A stretch of DNA of 63,391 bases, filler included, from Choristocarpus tenellus KU-1152 (Eukaryota > Protista > Phaeophyceae), in the NCBI GenBank assembly GCA_964200185.2. It is 9 parts of 9 records of this genome, joined end to end, with 100 filler letters (N's around TTAATTAATTAA, not from the genome) between each part and the next. Parts side by side here need not be neighbours in the genome. Positions count along the whole stretch, not along the records: positions 1 to 29,794 come from CAXNAD020000100.1; 8 more parts are not named here. One strand, 5' to 3'. A program made the translations under genes and the position numbers. How positions within the stretch are numbered: position 1 is the first letter of the stretch; every line of letters starts with the position of its first letter. Below, piece by piece: positions 13,601 through 28,100 of this stretch. The notes beneath the pieces were generated by a model. That model was not told the origin of the DNA, ran no database searches, and saw nothing but the letters and a program-made list of their open reading frames with translations.

Positions 13601-16600
13601 TGAGTCATCCCATCTTAAGAGGAGAGGGTTGTTGAGTATTTGGAGCCTCTGTGACTTCCTTCCGCTATACGTTGTTATATAATTCTTGAAGACAATTCTG
13701 TTCTAGTGTGGACAAAATTTCGTCTTCTATTCCACAGCCACAGCCTCCTTAGGTGGTTTGGTGATATTTCAGGCTTGGGAAATGGAGGTGTCAGGCATAG
13801 TATTTAAGAGGCCTAAATAACCCACCTCTGAGATAGAATGATTCTATTCATTCAATGAAGCAGCCCCTACCACAATTCCCATCATTGAAAGTATCGTATT
13901 GCAACCGCACTCATGAGCATACTGTGTAATTCCAAGTGCCAAGTGTAGACCAATCACTCATCAGTACCGGCTCTCAGTCTCACACCTCTGCTCAGGCATG
14001 TGCACCAATGACTCCTACTAAAATAATTACTACAAACTACTTCGTATACAGTGTTTTGAGATCGGACCACAAAATAATACTTCACAAACCCGACACTCAA
14101 AGGTTGGGCAGGCTCTATTTCATCCCATCAGGTGTTTTCCAGTGTGTTGTGTGTTCCCAACTTGTGGCTGGGGTGTTCATGTCAGAGGTACTGTCCTTCA
14201 TCTTGCACATGTGCTCATGCCAACACCACACACATCTGCATATGAACTTCTCATACATGTACCTTGCATTCATAGGCTCTAAACAACTTTGCACTCAATT
14301 ACACCTTTACTTGATCTTCAGTCTCATAAATCTGGTCACTGCTTTCTCACCTCTCACGTGTTGAAGTAATAGTATTGTGAATCACAGCATTTGCAGTTGA
14401 TCAAAAACCAAAGATGTTCATACCGATTGCTTGTTTTGTTCCCTCTCTGCGATGTTTAGGGGAGAGAAACACAAACAAACATGCACCATGAACACCTCTA
14501 GGACTGCATAAACCATGAGTATACCCAGTTAATCTGAAGATGGGGTAGAGGTTTCAGCATATAAGTATTACACCCACCCATCTGCTGAATATGCCCTTTG
14601 GTGTGCAGAGGATGATGACAAGGAAGGCAAAGGGTCAGAAAAGACAAAGAACATGACTCGAATCTGGTTGAGCTGATGACTGACCAACAGAAAGATAAGC
14701 ATGTAAAGGAATGGAAAAAATAAATCCACATTGGTTGAAGAATGACATCTGGCACTTCTCTTGAATGTACACGAGGGGGACAATGCTCAATGCAACTCTT
14801 ATCTGTGTCAAGAACAGCAGGTATTCCAAAGCCAAGATCAAGTTGAGAGATTCAAAGTCAACGATCCAACCAAGAAATCACCTCCAGGTACAGGGAAGCA
14901 ATTCAGGAGTTGGAGCAAAGAGGAGTGAAGATTGAAAAGCCTGTGTTAGGTGGTCAGCGGCGTATGGACTCATCTTTCACAACTAAGGCACCAGAGTGGA
15001 CCACTCTTCTTTGCCGCTTCACTGTGATGAACAACCAACCAATTTTGGTAATATGGGCTTACAATCCATCTTGTTCCGCCTACACTCACATTGTTTCTAC
15101 CGTATGGTTTGAGCACTTTGCCATTCACAGGTGTTGTTTTCCACATCCTCTTTGACATCACAATTGACCATAAAATGCCTCATCAACCCACCTTCAACCT
15201 TTGCTGTCCAGCAGCAGGTTGTGGAAAGTGTCCACTTCAAGGAGAGGATAAATGTCATGAAAAAAAACATGCCAGAAAGCTGTTGACTCCCCGATATGGC
15301 TGAGATGGGCAAGGAATATGTGTAGATCAAGGACCCCACGATTCCTTCTGAGGAGGAAGTGTGTCCAACAGATGGTTGGATGGGTTCCTCTGGTCACATA
15401 TTCCACTCTCTCGCCAAACACTGATGACGTATTTGAGATCATTTCTCTCTCTCTGGACTGTGCATCAAGCATTCAGGCAGAACGGTGGCAGAGGATTTTG
15501 CTGAAAACCCGATAGAAACGGTGGAGAAGTGTGGACTCACTGGAAGGGTGGAACCATGTATGGCAGAACATGAGTTATTAATAGTGAAGATGGGTGAAGA
15601 GTACTGTATTACAACCTACTACTGAATAGATATCTCTTTTGAGTGTATGACTGGTATCGCTTTCTGTGGGGCAGGGGTTAGAGATGCCATGAAATTAGCC
15701 CAGGTAGCTGTAGGGGCCTAATCTAAGTCCAGCTAGCATAGGGAATGCTTGAAGGAGATGAACAGGATGTCAAGAATCGAACCCAGAACAAAAATGCAGA
15801 ATGCATCTACCTAGTGGAAGTCCACTTATTCCATCATGAAATACTTCCTCTACCTCAAACTAGCCATCTTTCTTCATGGTGTGAAAATTGACAATCACCC
15901 TGTAAGCATGTCAACATTTGAGAGTGAGGAAAGCAGTGAATGAAGGAGCAAGAAAAGAAAGTGCTTTTAGGAGGAATCAAATGTAGAAGCAATCTGCTGG
16001 ACCTTTCACAAACATGCAACAAAAGCTGACAGTATTAAAAATAACATCCACCACACACAAAACATTCCTTTACTTTAAAAGTTGTGCCAAGGTCACCAAC
16101 TCTATTTTGCCATAAGTGGTTATGTCTGCTTTAAACATGCCAAATAATAACACCTTTCTTCCCAATCTCCTTATCTTGCCTCTTTTTAACTTGTTCTTAT
16201 GTTGTAGCCAGGTGATGGACCTAGCAAAGAATTACTCGAGTGTATGGAGGTTGAGGCCTGTTGGGCTGCAAGAGAGCCTCCCATAATTGTGAAATGGTGA
16301 CAGTGAAATTTGTCGCAAGCAGCTACAATGAAGGAAGGAAAGGGTTTCAAGAAAGGGGTTGATTGGCACGAGAGGTTTGCAACAACAGCACAGACGTACA
16401 GTTTGCTACCAATTCTTGGGCCGGTGACGCAACTCAGCAGGACCATAAATATGACCGATGCCGTGGGGGCATTTACCAACTTGTCTGCATGAGGATCTCT
16501 ACACGGAACAGTGGGTGTTGTGTGTGGCATAGATGGGGCAGTGGGGAAACTGTAGAAGCGAATTGTGTGTATTAGTGAATTGGTCTCCATGAACTGGAAT

Positions 16601-19424
16601 TCCCTTGTGGACACACTGCTGGAGCTAGAGCTGGAGCAGTGTGGGGCAGATTTGTGTATACTTTGGTGGACCAAGAGGTTTTTTGGGTGTTAACAGTGCT
16701 GATCTGTGCTGATGACATTCTGATAGCCAGTGATGGGATGGAGCATGTTGCTGACCTTGTGGCTGGGACTCAACAAGAAGTTCCTCATTGAGTATGTGAG
16801 AGAAAATGAGTTATCCATGCAATGTCAGAACAAGGATGGATCTGAAGCATGGAACATTATGCATGGACCAGGAGGCATATGCAGAGAACTTCGCCAAAAG
16901 GAATGGAGTCAAGGAAGTTTTTTGAGCTACCAGCATAGCTCTGAAGGTAGTTGAAGAAGGACTAGTAAGGAATCTTGCCTAATGATTGGGAGGCCAATGT
17001 GGGCATCTGCCATGACGCACTTCCACACTGCATTTGCAGTGTGCGCCCTGGTTACTCATCAAATGAACTGTATTGTTGCAAAATGGTATGGAGCTGAGAG
17101 TGTGATTGGCTATTTGCTGGGGACTAAGGGTTAGGGATTGACTTCTGGGTTTATAGCTGGTACGGAAAAGCACTGAGGTGGCAGCTGATTGTGTTTGCAG
17201 ATGCAGATTATCCAAACTGTGTAACCATCAGGTTTTCTTTGTCGGAGAGTGTGGTGATATCTGAGGTGACGTGCATCAGTTGGTGGTGTAGGATTTAGCA
17301 GACAGCAATCCTGTCTAGCACAGAGATTGACTTTGTTTATGGTTGTCACCTTGCCAATGAGGCATTTTTCCTATAGCAGGTGTATGTCATTGTAGAGGCT
17401 GTCATTGAGGAGTAATGTTTACATTTCTTTGAGGATGACAATGGGACAATCCAGTCTGCCAAGAAGGCTGCATCTGGGGGGTGAATCAAGCATAACAATG
17501 TGAGATATTTGTACGTGAGGAAATTGACCTTGGAGGTAAGGGCAATGGTTGGGTATGTGCCTACAGCAGGCCACCACGGCAACCATTTTTACAAGGGCTC
17601 CAGGCAATGAACAATTTAACTCTCACACAAGAACCATCATGTGTTGCAGCACTTATCTATCGACATTGATGAAAAAATATTCTTACAGAACGTCTCCGAG
17701 TGCATTTAGAGCAAGGAGGTGCATCAAGAGTGGTCAGTGAATGACACAAGCAATAGCAACTTGGTTGGGGATGATGCACAGAGGCAAGAGTGACAATAGA
17801 AAAAGGTCATGTTTAGGGCTAGGCTTGACGAGATAGTAAGGATGGAGAAGAGAGGCCAATCCCTATTCTCCAGCTGGTGCACTCTATTCTCAAGGATGTT
17901 TGATGACAGAGGCTATCAATGCAATCATTGTGATATTTGGTATATACAGTGCGCATCAAATTCACTTTGACATCCAATATTTAATAAGAGTGCTTTTGTG
18001 TGGCAGTTAACTGTGGACACATCATCACAAAGGCAGGATGGCCAGCCTCAAAGGGTCATGGGGTCCCTAATTTTGTTGGTTGCACACATAGTGATTGACT
18101 CTATAGTTGATGCCAATGATAATCTCTCCTTTGCACTGCACCTCACACGCTCAATCTCACACCCCCTAACCCTCTCTCAGTCATATGCTGGCATGCCACA
18201 TGTGGTCCAGGCCTTTCCCAAAAAGACCAATTAATGAAAAACATAAAAAACACACTTAGAAGCAGAATTACTTTTCATTTGGAACAGGCCTTAGAGATAA
18301 ACTTGACAAGGCAAAAGTCAATAGGATCAGATAGAGCTTGTATGAAGGGGATATAGATAAGAGATTCAAGGTTGGGGGGGCACTTAGCTACCCTGCACTC
18401 ACCAGCTGTGGCAGCAACCTCCAGCTCCAGACGTTCCTCCGCTGATAGTTGTTTGGATAAGTCCCCTGCATTGTCAACCAGTACACGAAACACACAGGTT
18501 GCCTGGGGGCATTCAGTCCAGTTTGTTAAAGGTAGCCTAGAGATGTTATCTACCCACATTTGACCCCCAGGGGGGAGCATCTGGTATGCACTTTTTCAGG
18601 AACCAAGTAACTCTCTCCAGGTTTTGATGCGCTTTCGTAGGCCAATACCAAGGCATGTTGATACTTCAAATACAGATACAAAACAGAGACACAAACACAA
18701 TTAGATACAACTTCATGCTACACCCTCCACTGACCAACCAGACACAGGCTTCATTGTCTGTCCAGTAGCCTAGGCTGCTTTCGTACCTGCATATGACCCA
18801 GGGTGGGCACCATCGAAGACCTTCCTGACACCATAGCCGTCCGGTTGCCCTGAAGACGTGTCAACGCCTGCAGAAGGATCTTGATAGTGCCATATAGCAG
18901 GATGGTTGGGTACCGTTCGCAGCGCCAGCAAGGTAATTCCAATACACAGATTTTAGGGTACAGCGAGATTAGTTGCACGATTTGCTTGAAGGTGGAGGGC
19001 CTGTATTACTAATTGCAAGGCTGCTCTTACAAGTTTAGAGACATACTGTGGGAAGATAGCTGTTTGAATATACAACCAGCCCATCTCGATTCCGCTTCGA
19101 CAGAAGACAGGGAGTCGACTGAAAATCAAGTACAAGACAACACGATACGTTAGTGTGGGTATGCTGAGCCTAGGGTGTCCATGTGTCGGGGTGTTATCTT
19201 CTTCTTTCATAGCTACCATTGACAACGTCTGTACTGCATCTCAATCCGCATCTCAGCCACACGCCAACTGTGGACTTCTCCGAGAAGCTCACGACAGGAG
19301 TAGTTGCCACGTCCACCAACAACCCACCTTGCTCTCCTCCGTCAGGTGCATCCTTCCGCTCTCTCTTCCTGTCTCCACGATTACCCCAATCCTTGCTTCC
19401 CCGCCAGGGTCGTTTGCGTCCCAT
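4627..19424 (-). CDS. PUS1: tRNA pseudouridine synthase, Pus1/TruA family; 13 exons, about 613 aa
   Basis: Phase-consistent exons: 19424-19328, 18867-18787, 18465-18403, 12754-12667 (KRPKKKVAVLLAYCGTKYKGMQ), 12034-11887 (NPNQRTVEAELERAL...RAARTDKGVHAAAQ, catalytic Asp), 11569-11492 (IICLRM...INRHLPE), 10608-10471 (DIKV...FDAKQACSRRRYEYFMP), 10084-10053, 9430-8876 (FKGTKNYHNYT), 7586-7475 (GQSFLLHQIRKM), 7185-7040 (APSEGLYLDRPFF), 6440-6332 (EEFKRAKIHQHI), 4821-4627 (FVAWLD...TGA). The 32-nt exon and the 9430 acceptor are the least certain. Confidence 0.92.
4950..5500 (-). mobile_element. decayed KDZ-like transposase fragment in PUS1 intron 12
   Basis: SWLSFM..GF..CQIC, QWEET..YNPHHPV, NKYHDE. 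Confidence 0.3.
5975..6233 (+). mobile_element. MITE family A, full copy (PUS1 intron 12)
   Basis: TIRs gagtcaaagtatcttagagggta ... taccccctaagatactttcactc; flanks ctt/ctt. Confidence 0.92.
7900..8700 (-). mobile_element. decayed KDZ-like fragment in PUS1 intron 9
   Basis: ESPAQIY and CYD..C.HL-like remnants. Confidence 0.22.
12950..14300 (-). mobile_element. decayed hAT transposase in PUS1 intron 3
   Basis: BED-finger-like CRCVWC..KDSTS, then HDNA and LFQDV remnants in hAT order. Confidence 0.35.
14900..17750 (+). mobile_element. decayed KDZ/CxC-type transposase in PUS1 intron 3, interrupted by an hAT fragment
   Basis: Cys-rich LCCPAAGCGKC, GVVCGIDG, GIC..LP...VRPGY...CCK, GLTSGFIAGT.KH, DFVYGCHLA, NEQFNS..TYLS in the expected order. 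Confidence 0.42.
15520..16050 (+). mobile_element. hAT transposase fragment
   Basis: KMQNAST*WKSTYSIMKYFLYLKLAI resembles the hAT DVxTRWNSTYxMLxRxLxLKxAI motif. Confidence 0.6.
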
Positions 19425-19749
19425 TATCTTTCAGGAGAATCTATGGGTAGAGTATGTGGGAAAGTCAAGCAATAGGCAGTGTAGTGGAGTGAGAATGTCC
19501 ACTACCCCTTTTTTGCAAGTGTTAGGGTTCATCACATAAACATCCAAATAATAGGAAAATGTTGTATTTATAGTCATAATAATAGTGCTGACATTGATTG
19601 GGGGAACATGGAGTGGTTTCGTGTTCGAAAGTTCTTTTCATCAAAACAATAGTCCTCGTGTTGCACATTTCTTGATGAAAACAATATTTGATTGGAGTGG
19701 TTGCCCATATTCCACACAGAACTGGGTTTGTTCTGGATATACTGGGACT

Positions 19750-20600
19750 TACCTAGAACCACAGAACATACTCCATGATGAAGAGTTAGTTTTGTGTGGC
19801 TTCCAGCCATCCACAAAGACTATGATGTACACCCTACTTGCCCTTCAGGACCTCGCCCAGGAGAAGCATGTACCTTTGTTCATGGGGCCTCATTGACCTA
19901 CAAAAAGTGTGTGACTTCCGTACACTTCATTTCTTGTGGACCGAACTTACTTGTCGAATTTGGAATTGGCAAGAAGATGATCTCAATAATCTGCCAATTC
20001 CAAGACTGATAGACAGTATGCATGGATGATCAAGAGAGAGGTTGAACACGTTGTTTGGGGTCAGGGAAGTCAGGGAAGGGCTTCAGCAAGGGCGTATTAT
20101 ATGTTCACTATAGAGCATGGCCTATGGGGTATGCTATGATACGCTGGTGACGTAAAGGCATTGTGTCCAAGGCTAAATAAAGGAACTATGGGGTATGCTA
20201 AATTATTATCCCGAAAACATGTAGCCACTGCGTCCAAGACCAAAGAAAGGAGGTTTGGTCAGGGTGATGGCAAGTAGTGATTATGAAGGTGATCAGGTCA
20301 TTCGGTCTGACATTGCCTGAGTTGAACACGGAGACCATGTGTCTTTGACCTCCTACTAACAAGGTCACGGACATCATGCAGATCCAGGCTTCGGGTCAGA
20401 AGTGCATCAGTCTGACAAGTTTGTTTGTTGTGATGAAGCTGATATATTACCACCAAGACAATGGGTTCAGAAGTCTGAGGTTGTTTCGACAAGTATAAGC
20501 AAGTGCTTAATGACAGAATCAGACAAGTGTATCACTTGAGATTAATGTACTAATGCTCCCAGACCTTACCTAGTTGAGGCCGTGTGATATGGTTGTGTGA
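19750..20600 (+). mobile_element. possible decayed DNA-transposon ORF, family unclear
   Basis: Coding-like remnants WLPAI..PTCP and YKKC..F.S with many stops. Confidence 0.2.
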
Positions 20601-22161
20601 AATGGACACTCTGCAAGATCCACCGTATGAACTGTCACTCCCATCTTCAACTAAGCTTCAAAACCAAGCGAATATTTATAATTCCATTGATTTATTGGTG
20701 CATTTCAAGTGCTACCCACTAAGGATAACAAGTACTATAGACGAAAAGCTAATAATATATGTAATAGTATTACTATCTGTTATTCTTTGTGTATGCTAGA
20801 CACTTTCCTTTAGTGCCTTCCTATCGAACAGAACAGTTGTTCACCACTGCAAACTCCTTCATCACATACTATATTAATAATGATATTTGGAGCATATACC
20901 TTGAAGTATTTTGCTCTCCGTTTCTTGGACTAAATTGTTCTCAGTGCTTGTTTCTTGGTGCCTGCACACTCTAGCATAAGACAAGGTTCTCTTAGTACAA
21001 AGTTTACTAATGACAATATGAGGCAATGCTCAGGAAATTCTAAATATCAGACAGAAATAACCTTTCTTATGGTGGATTTTATGATGATTACACTTTCCAT
21101 ACTACTGTAGTGCTTTGAGGACCATGACACCCATTTCCCTTCGATTTTAGAACAACGCTTTGAAGTATGTAAGATTCGTGTATATTAGCTTATTGCTCTC
21201 TCTACCAAGAAATCCCTCTTCCACCAAACACCCCCCCTCAAAAATTAAAAAAATCAGAGTGATCATATTACGACAGCAACACAGTAATGCCGCAGTAGTG
21301 TTGAATTCTGTTCGTGTTACACAACAGAATATCAACTCCAGCAGGCACACATCTTCTAAAAAATGCTTGTAGAAAGCAACAGCAACAGTTTTACCCTTAG
21401 AAATGCAGTCCCTTGCATTTGCGAGCTGCCCATTTCTAGTCTTAATGCCTTCAACTTTAGCAACAGAGCTTCAATCAGAGTCCAGCAATGTATGGACCGA
21501 TCTAGATACTATATCGTTCACCTATGCACCTCCCAAAAAATGTAGTGCCTAAAAATCAATTGAAAAGCTCGTACCCAATAAACTGGGTTTTCCACCAAAG
21601 AAGTCCTACTCACCCACGTCTCATATAAACAAATGAACTTTCCCTATAAAAAAACACACACACACTTTGTGGGGGTATTAATAGCTGCACGGAGCTCCAA
21701 GCCCACCTACAGCAAAATCTGATCTGTGCTTTGTTGTTGAAAAAAAAAGCAATTACTCCACAAGCAAGCCATGGAGATACCTTTCCAAAGAGGAAAACAC
21801 TCAGCAAAAAGAGCACACCAAATCCCACAACAAAAAACACATTTGTCGAATTGGAAGAGGGCCAAGGCCCCCTCCTTCGAACTCTAGAAAAAACACAATT
21901 CCAGGATGATCTGAAGTCTTGGCGCTAACAATTCACTACACTATTGTGCATATGCTGTAGCTTTCACAACAACACCATTGCCTTGTGGTCCTGGCAATGC
22001 ACAGCCATGAGCGATTTCTCAACTCTTCGACTCATGCCCAGACAGTTGCCCCCTAGAAAAAAAAAGGATGCACTGCACTACAAATATGATAATTGACACG
22101 AGCTCAAGTACTCTTTCTCCAAACGCAAAATTCCATAAATTGCCTATAATAGTTCATCATA

Positions 22162-25100
22162 TCAACCTAGCCCTGTTAGCCCCTGCAGCAAACGCGCCAG
22201 CTCCCAGCTGCATGACCTGCTCAGCACTGTGAGCTTAATAAGTAAGTCACCAACCACGACCTCTTCTTGCCCAAGTCGTCCAAGAGGTGCCTCTCTGTCT
22301 TCCTCCCCGACTGCTGCACCCCCTGGTCGTGCAGTGACTGCTACTGCTGAAATACCAGTAAATTGGTGTCGGGGCCGCCTCACAGCTCTGGTATTGAGGA
22401 TGAGCTCAGCTGGGACGTGCTCAGCACCCTGTTCCACCAGTGTAATATCTGAATGCTCGATCTGCATCCAGAGCTTCTCACAGCCACTTGCACCTCTGTA
22501 AAGGAAGATACTCTGCAAGTAGGTGTATCATTATGTGACAACAGCATCGTGAGTGTTTATAACAGCAGCTACTTGCAATTGAGAATAGCCTATTTTTTTA
22601 GGACAACTTTAAAGTAAACGAAAAACGCACCCAGAGTTTCATTTCAAGGATGCTGACAACTATATGCAAAATTCAGTCTATATTTCAAACATGTATAGGA
22701 TATTTTCTGAGTTGCATTGGAAAAGTTCCAAACAACAGAGAATTAAACGCTTTCAAGTCAAACTTAGAACTTCATCCATAGAAATCTGGGTGAATAGCAA
22801 AAGACTGCAAAGCAGACTTGAAATGTAAAACGGCAAAAACCTGGGTACCTCTCGTTTACTTTGGCTCTGATCGTATGCATAAGACTTCTTGCGTTCAGGC
22901 ACCACAACAGATTCACGCTTCTAGATAGTGCAGTCAGGTTGTGGTTGGTTGCTCAAATATTTTCGGAACACAGATGCACAATCAAGAGGAAACGATAAAC
23001 TTCAGAGCGGTGCAACATTGGACACCTGAACACGCAAGCGTCACATATTGTCTGTTGCACATATCTGAATTACTTGTCGCAGAGGCCAAGTAAGGATCCT
23101 GCAACGTTACTGACACTTCTATATGACCCCTTTGTTCTTCTACCTTACAGTTTATTACTAGACAGAAACACAAGAGCTCTTAACAACAAGAGTATGTTGC
23201 AGGTGCAAAGCGGAGCTTTCCTAAATTGCAGAGTGGAGCATTGTTTGCATCTGTTATGCTTGCATGCACTACCTAGACTCATGGATCTGGTGCAAGGGCA
23301 CTATTTCCTGTCCAATTGCATGAGGGTTGTTCTCATGAAATCAGCCATTGTCGAGTTTAAGCAGCTACCGCTTTGTGTAGATAGGTTTCGACATACAAGT
23401 TGACGGGGCTGGGTGCGCTACACCTCACTGTACTTCAATGGCAAATTGTATATCGGTATCTCCAAATTAAATACACACCTTGTTTGAAAGAATTATCATG
23501 ACAGGAATGTCTGCCCTGCTGTAGGAAGCATGGCTGCACATGGCTTGTGTCTGATAGAGGAAATCATGATCTGGGGGGAGGAGGCTCCACCTGGCATATT
23601 CACATACATCCAGAGTCAGAATGGAAATGTTTAAGAGATTGATGTAAATATCCTTTGCACGGATACTTAACTTACTTGAGAAATGTGTTGAGTTCTCCAG
23701 TTACAATTTGTCTGCAATATCAAGTTCGACTTAGTACTCCAGGTTAAAGGGACTAGAGTCAGAAGGGGTGATGATTAGTGCAGGTGGAACACTGCAATAC
23801 AACGTGTTAGGAGACCCACTCACAAGGCACAACTCATGCCTAAATCAAAGTTGAACAATTTGACTTCACGCATCAAGTGATGACAGGCAACTATAAAAAG
23901 GAGTGCAATGGGAGGTTGGAGATTGAGGAGTCGTCGTAATATTAACACCCTATCAAGAAATACTGTTGAACACTCTCAGCACATGTACAATAACTCGGGT
24001 TACACCATGTTTCTACCCTTGAAACTATATACTTCAAAATATATCAGAGTGGTTGAGGTAGTGTGATCATTCTAGACATTCAAAGCTCAAGGCAACATAA
24101 AATTAATCTGTAGTACTAAATGGTATCTGAAGATTGATCCAGAATTTCTCACGGTGCTCCTAGCAGTGAGGTAACCAATAAAAAAAAAAGACGAAGTATT
24201 TTAATATCAAGCACTACAAACTTAGAAGCATTTTTTATCAAGTCTACAATTCTCTGTTGCCATCAGTCACCTCCCCTCCATCTGTCTTTCCTTCCCCAAC
24301 CCTGCCCGAATTGAGTGTAGTCTCCACTATCAATGCTCACCGGTACCACAAGTCTGTGTTGAGGTGACACAGCACTGGATTGGCGGCAGCTGCTGGTGTT
24401 GCGTGCTGCCACTCACTATTGACCCCTGTGCTGGCAATCAGGGACTGAGATGTGCGATGTACCTAAAACAGGGATGGGCATCATCAAGGGCATATACATG
24501 GGGGAGGAGTGAGATGCAATGGGTTTGAGGCTCGGACAAAAGGTTCTCAGAAGAAACACGGCCCTTGTGTGTTTGAACACCCCAATCAAAGAAGAGTGTG
24601 GGTATTGCGAGCAAGATGATAATAAATTACCCTGAATGCATGCTATACTATTGCACTACTCCAGCATACTTGATAGCCTTTCCAGCAGTGCATATTGAAC
24701 TACCACATAATCACAGTAAGGTATCCCTGCTGTTCAAAAAAGCACCAAGCCCAGCCTTCACCTTGTACCTGCCCCAAAACAAAAGCTCTTCTGAGTGTGG
24801 AACTGTATCACAGACAAATAGCTCAACTTCCACAAAATTCCGTATGATTTGCTGGACAGAAAATCCAAGACCTTGACATGTGCTATTCGTACCTTTCAAG
24901 GAACTGATGCGCCTCTTGGCGTTGACTCAATCATTGCACACGAGCACACCTACCTCTTAACGTTTGGAATAAGTGCTGAATAAGTATCCCATGGTCCGAG
25001 CCCACATGCAAAAGGGGATTGCTCCCTAAAAAGAGCTCTACAACTCTTATGTGCCCTGGAGTACTTCAAACGGGAAAGGTTCATCATTATAGTACTACCA

Positions 25101-28100
25101 CCAAATCACACAAGTCACGAAGACATCGACATACCCCCAACTGCAAACATTAGTCATGGCAATGACCGGTTCCTACTAGAGCCCATTACAATAGGTATTA
25201 GACACACATAAATCAAAGGTGTGGCAAAGTAAAGGTATCGCAGCAAGTAAGGTAAGTATAATTTCGTCCATACTAGACTTAACTCTACCATACGCACCTA
25301 CCTAAACAGGCCATCTTATCCAGCCATCAGTTAACGGAAAATGTGTTGCCATTACTACATATTGATCTCTTACCAAGCTCATTGTCCCCGCAATGGGGCG
25401 CATGACACCGCTCCCACCCCCAATGGTCCTTGACAAAGTAGCAGTGAGTCCAGAGACAGAGGACAATGCGCCCGCAGAGCCGTGTCGCACAAGGGATGAT
25501 AGCCCCAAGTAGCTTGCACGGAGTGTGGCAAAAGGACCCTGATCACGCCAATATGGAGAGGGTGACAGTCATCATTAAAAGGTCAATAAACGAGTTGTTG
25601 CTGTTGTTGGGCTAAGGCACTGGGTAGGTTTTGAACCATCTATCGATAGTAACAAGGAGGAAAAGCAAGGCTGTATGGAGGAAGGTGATTTTGGGTGGAC
25701 AACCATAGAAGGTAGGTTACGAAAGTAATCGAAGGGGTGGGGTTGGAAAGGGCGGAGCAGAAAAGGGTGTGTGGGGAATGAGGGGTTTTGAATCAAACTC
25801 GTTGAGAGTTGGGTCATATTCTGCACTACAGATAGAGTGCTCTGATGTATGGGCTGGGTTGTGGCATTTTGGTACAAAAATGTTGTGTACTCTCCGTCCT
25901 TTGCATTAATAGTAGTAACCAAATCATACCTGTGGAAGTGCCCGAATTGGCAATGAAAATAGGTCATATACCCCCCTTCCCCACTCCGTGAGAAGGATTG
26001 TGGGGCTGCCAATGGCTTGCAGAGATCCCACCACCGCCAACGACTGAAGCATGGCATCTGCAGCATAGTTGGAAAAAATCCACTCTGCTATGGCTTCAGG
26101 CCGGGCAAATACCCCTCTGAGGGACACCGGCTGGAGGAGAAGGCGAGACTTGTCCAGGGCCACAAAGACCTTGCAAGCATCAATTATATTCAGCAAGCAC
26201 ACCAAAATGAAGTGTGAGGGGAGACGGCAGTGTACTGCAGTGTGTCAAAGTAAACGAGAGGTACCCAGCTTTTGGCTGTTTGGCATTTTAAGTCTGTTTT
26301 TCAACCTTTTGCGATTCACTCATATTTCTATTGATGAAGTTCTAAGTTTGACTTAAGAGCATTCATTTCTCTATTGTCTGAACTTTTCAGACACAATTCA
26401 GAATGTATCCTATACACATTTGTAAAAAATAAATAAATCGATTCTAACACATATTTTGTCATCATCCTTGAAATGCAACTCTGGACAACTCTCGTTTACG
26501 GTGACTCAGTGGTATCGCATTAGGAGTGAGGCATGTCTGGCGTGGCTGTGTGGGTGATAAGGAGGGATTACAAAGAGTCACGGATAATGCTCAGGTCTGA
26601 GAGAGATATGTCAAAAATAGAGGGCAACAACAAAAATATTTGCTTCGAACCATTCCAGTCAAATAGTAAGGAAAGACTGGAGCACAGTGCATAGACGGGG
26701 ACATTGCTTCAATGCAAGGAGATGGCTGCGGATAAGGACATGGAATACAGAGGGAGCAATGCTTGATGTGCTGTGTGACAGAATGCAACATTTGCTATGA
26801 ATCTTTGCTTCCTTACCCATTGCATGCCCCTTTCAAGCTGCAGCACACACTACTACCGGTATTATGAATGTACATTACACGGGAACACAGATAATCAAGG
26901 CATACTACAACCAGAAAACAGACACTATCCTTCCAGCCTCCCTCTCTTGCTACCTGCTTTCCCGGGATGTGACCCAGCACCGTGGCACGCACCACCAATG
27001 TGCCAACATTTATTCGCTGCACAAAGAGAAGAGGCGCCATGCTCGCATGCAGTACTGCTGGGAGCTGCAGTGGAGCCAATCGAATTACTTCAAGGTCCAT
27101 GGGACTTGACAAATTGTCGACGTCTGAGCATTTTGTTTCACTTCTAATGGCCTGACTGCTCCAGGAGGGAAAGCGATGAATATGTTTGGGGCGGCACAGA
27201 AGGAGTAGAGGAAAGGAAGGGGGAGTGCGCTTAGCAAGCTACCAGGGTAATACAACAGTGTTGAGGATTTGCTGTCAACAAAATTGGTATGCTTGTAAAG
27301 CTGTGAACAGCTTTTCATATCCCACAACAACGGGACATTTTGGAAAAAAAACAATGTTTTTGCTTATGTGAGCAGTACCTAGAACCCTGAACCCACCATT
27401 GACTACCCTCATTATGAATGCAACCAACATCAACAACACAATTCACACTAAGAAAGACTGAGGGGACAAAACAACAAGAGAAGTGCTCTGCATACTAATA
27501 CATCAAGTGATCTTCTGGCAGAGGTTCAGAAGAAAATATCACTTAACTCCTTTTGGTCAGGTGCAGAAGAAACAAATGGTCAGGTGCAACATAGCTAGCC
27601 AAGGGAAGTAAAAGGGTGAAGGTTGCAGGGCACTATTCAGAAGTGGTGGGGCATGCGTCATTTAGTACAATCAACCACTTTGAAACAAAAGGCTGTGTAT
27701 GTTCTGTCCAGTACTATCGTATGCAGTTACAATAAGCTGTAGATGATGGCATGAATCTTCATGCAAACGAGACAATACAGAACCATAACAGTCCTATATA
27801 GCCAAAGCACATACACAGATTTCTACCTACTCAATTTTCTTGAGGGGCTACAGAGGAACAACAGGTACATAGAGCAGAAGTACAGCAAAGGGGATTTCTC
27901 CACACCATAGCCACGGGTCAAACACTGCCGTAGTGCTCCAGATCGTTTTTCACTTGTCATTAAAATGTGTACCATAGCAGCTATTCCATCCCCCAGGTGT
28001 CGAGGTACCTGAGCCTCTCCAAGAGGTGCAGTAAAGGGGGGACCAGGGACTCCTCTAGGCATACATCCACAGGGGCACAGTCAAGGGAGATCACCTCCAG

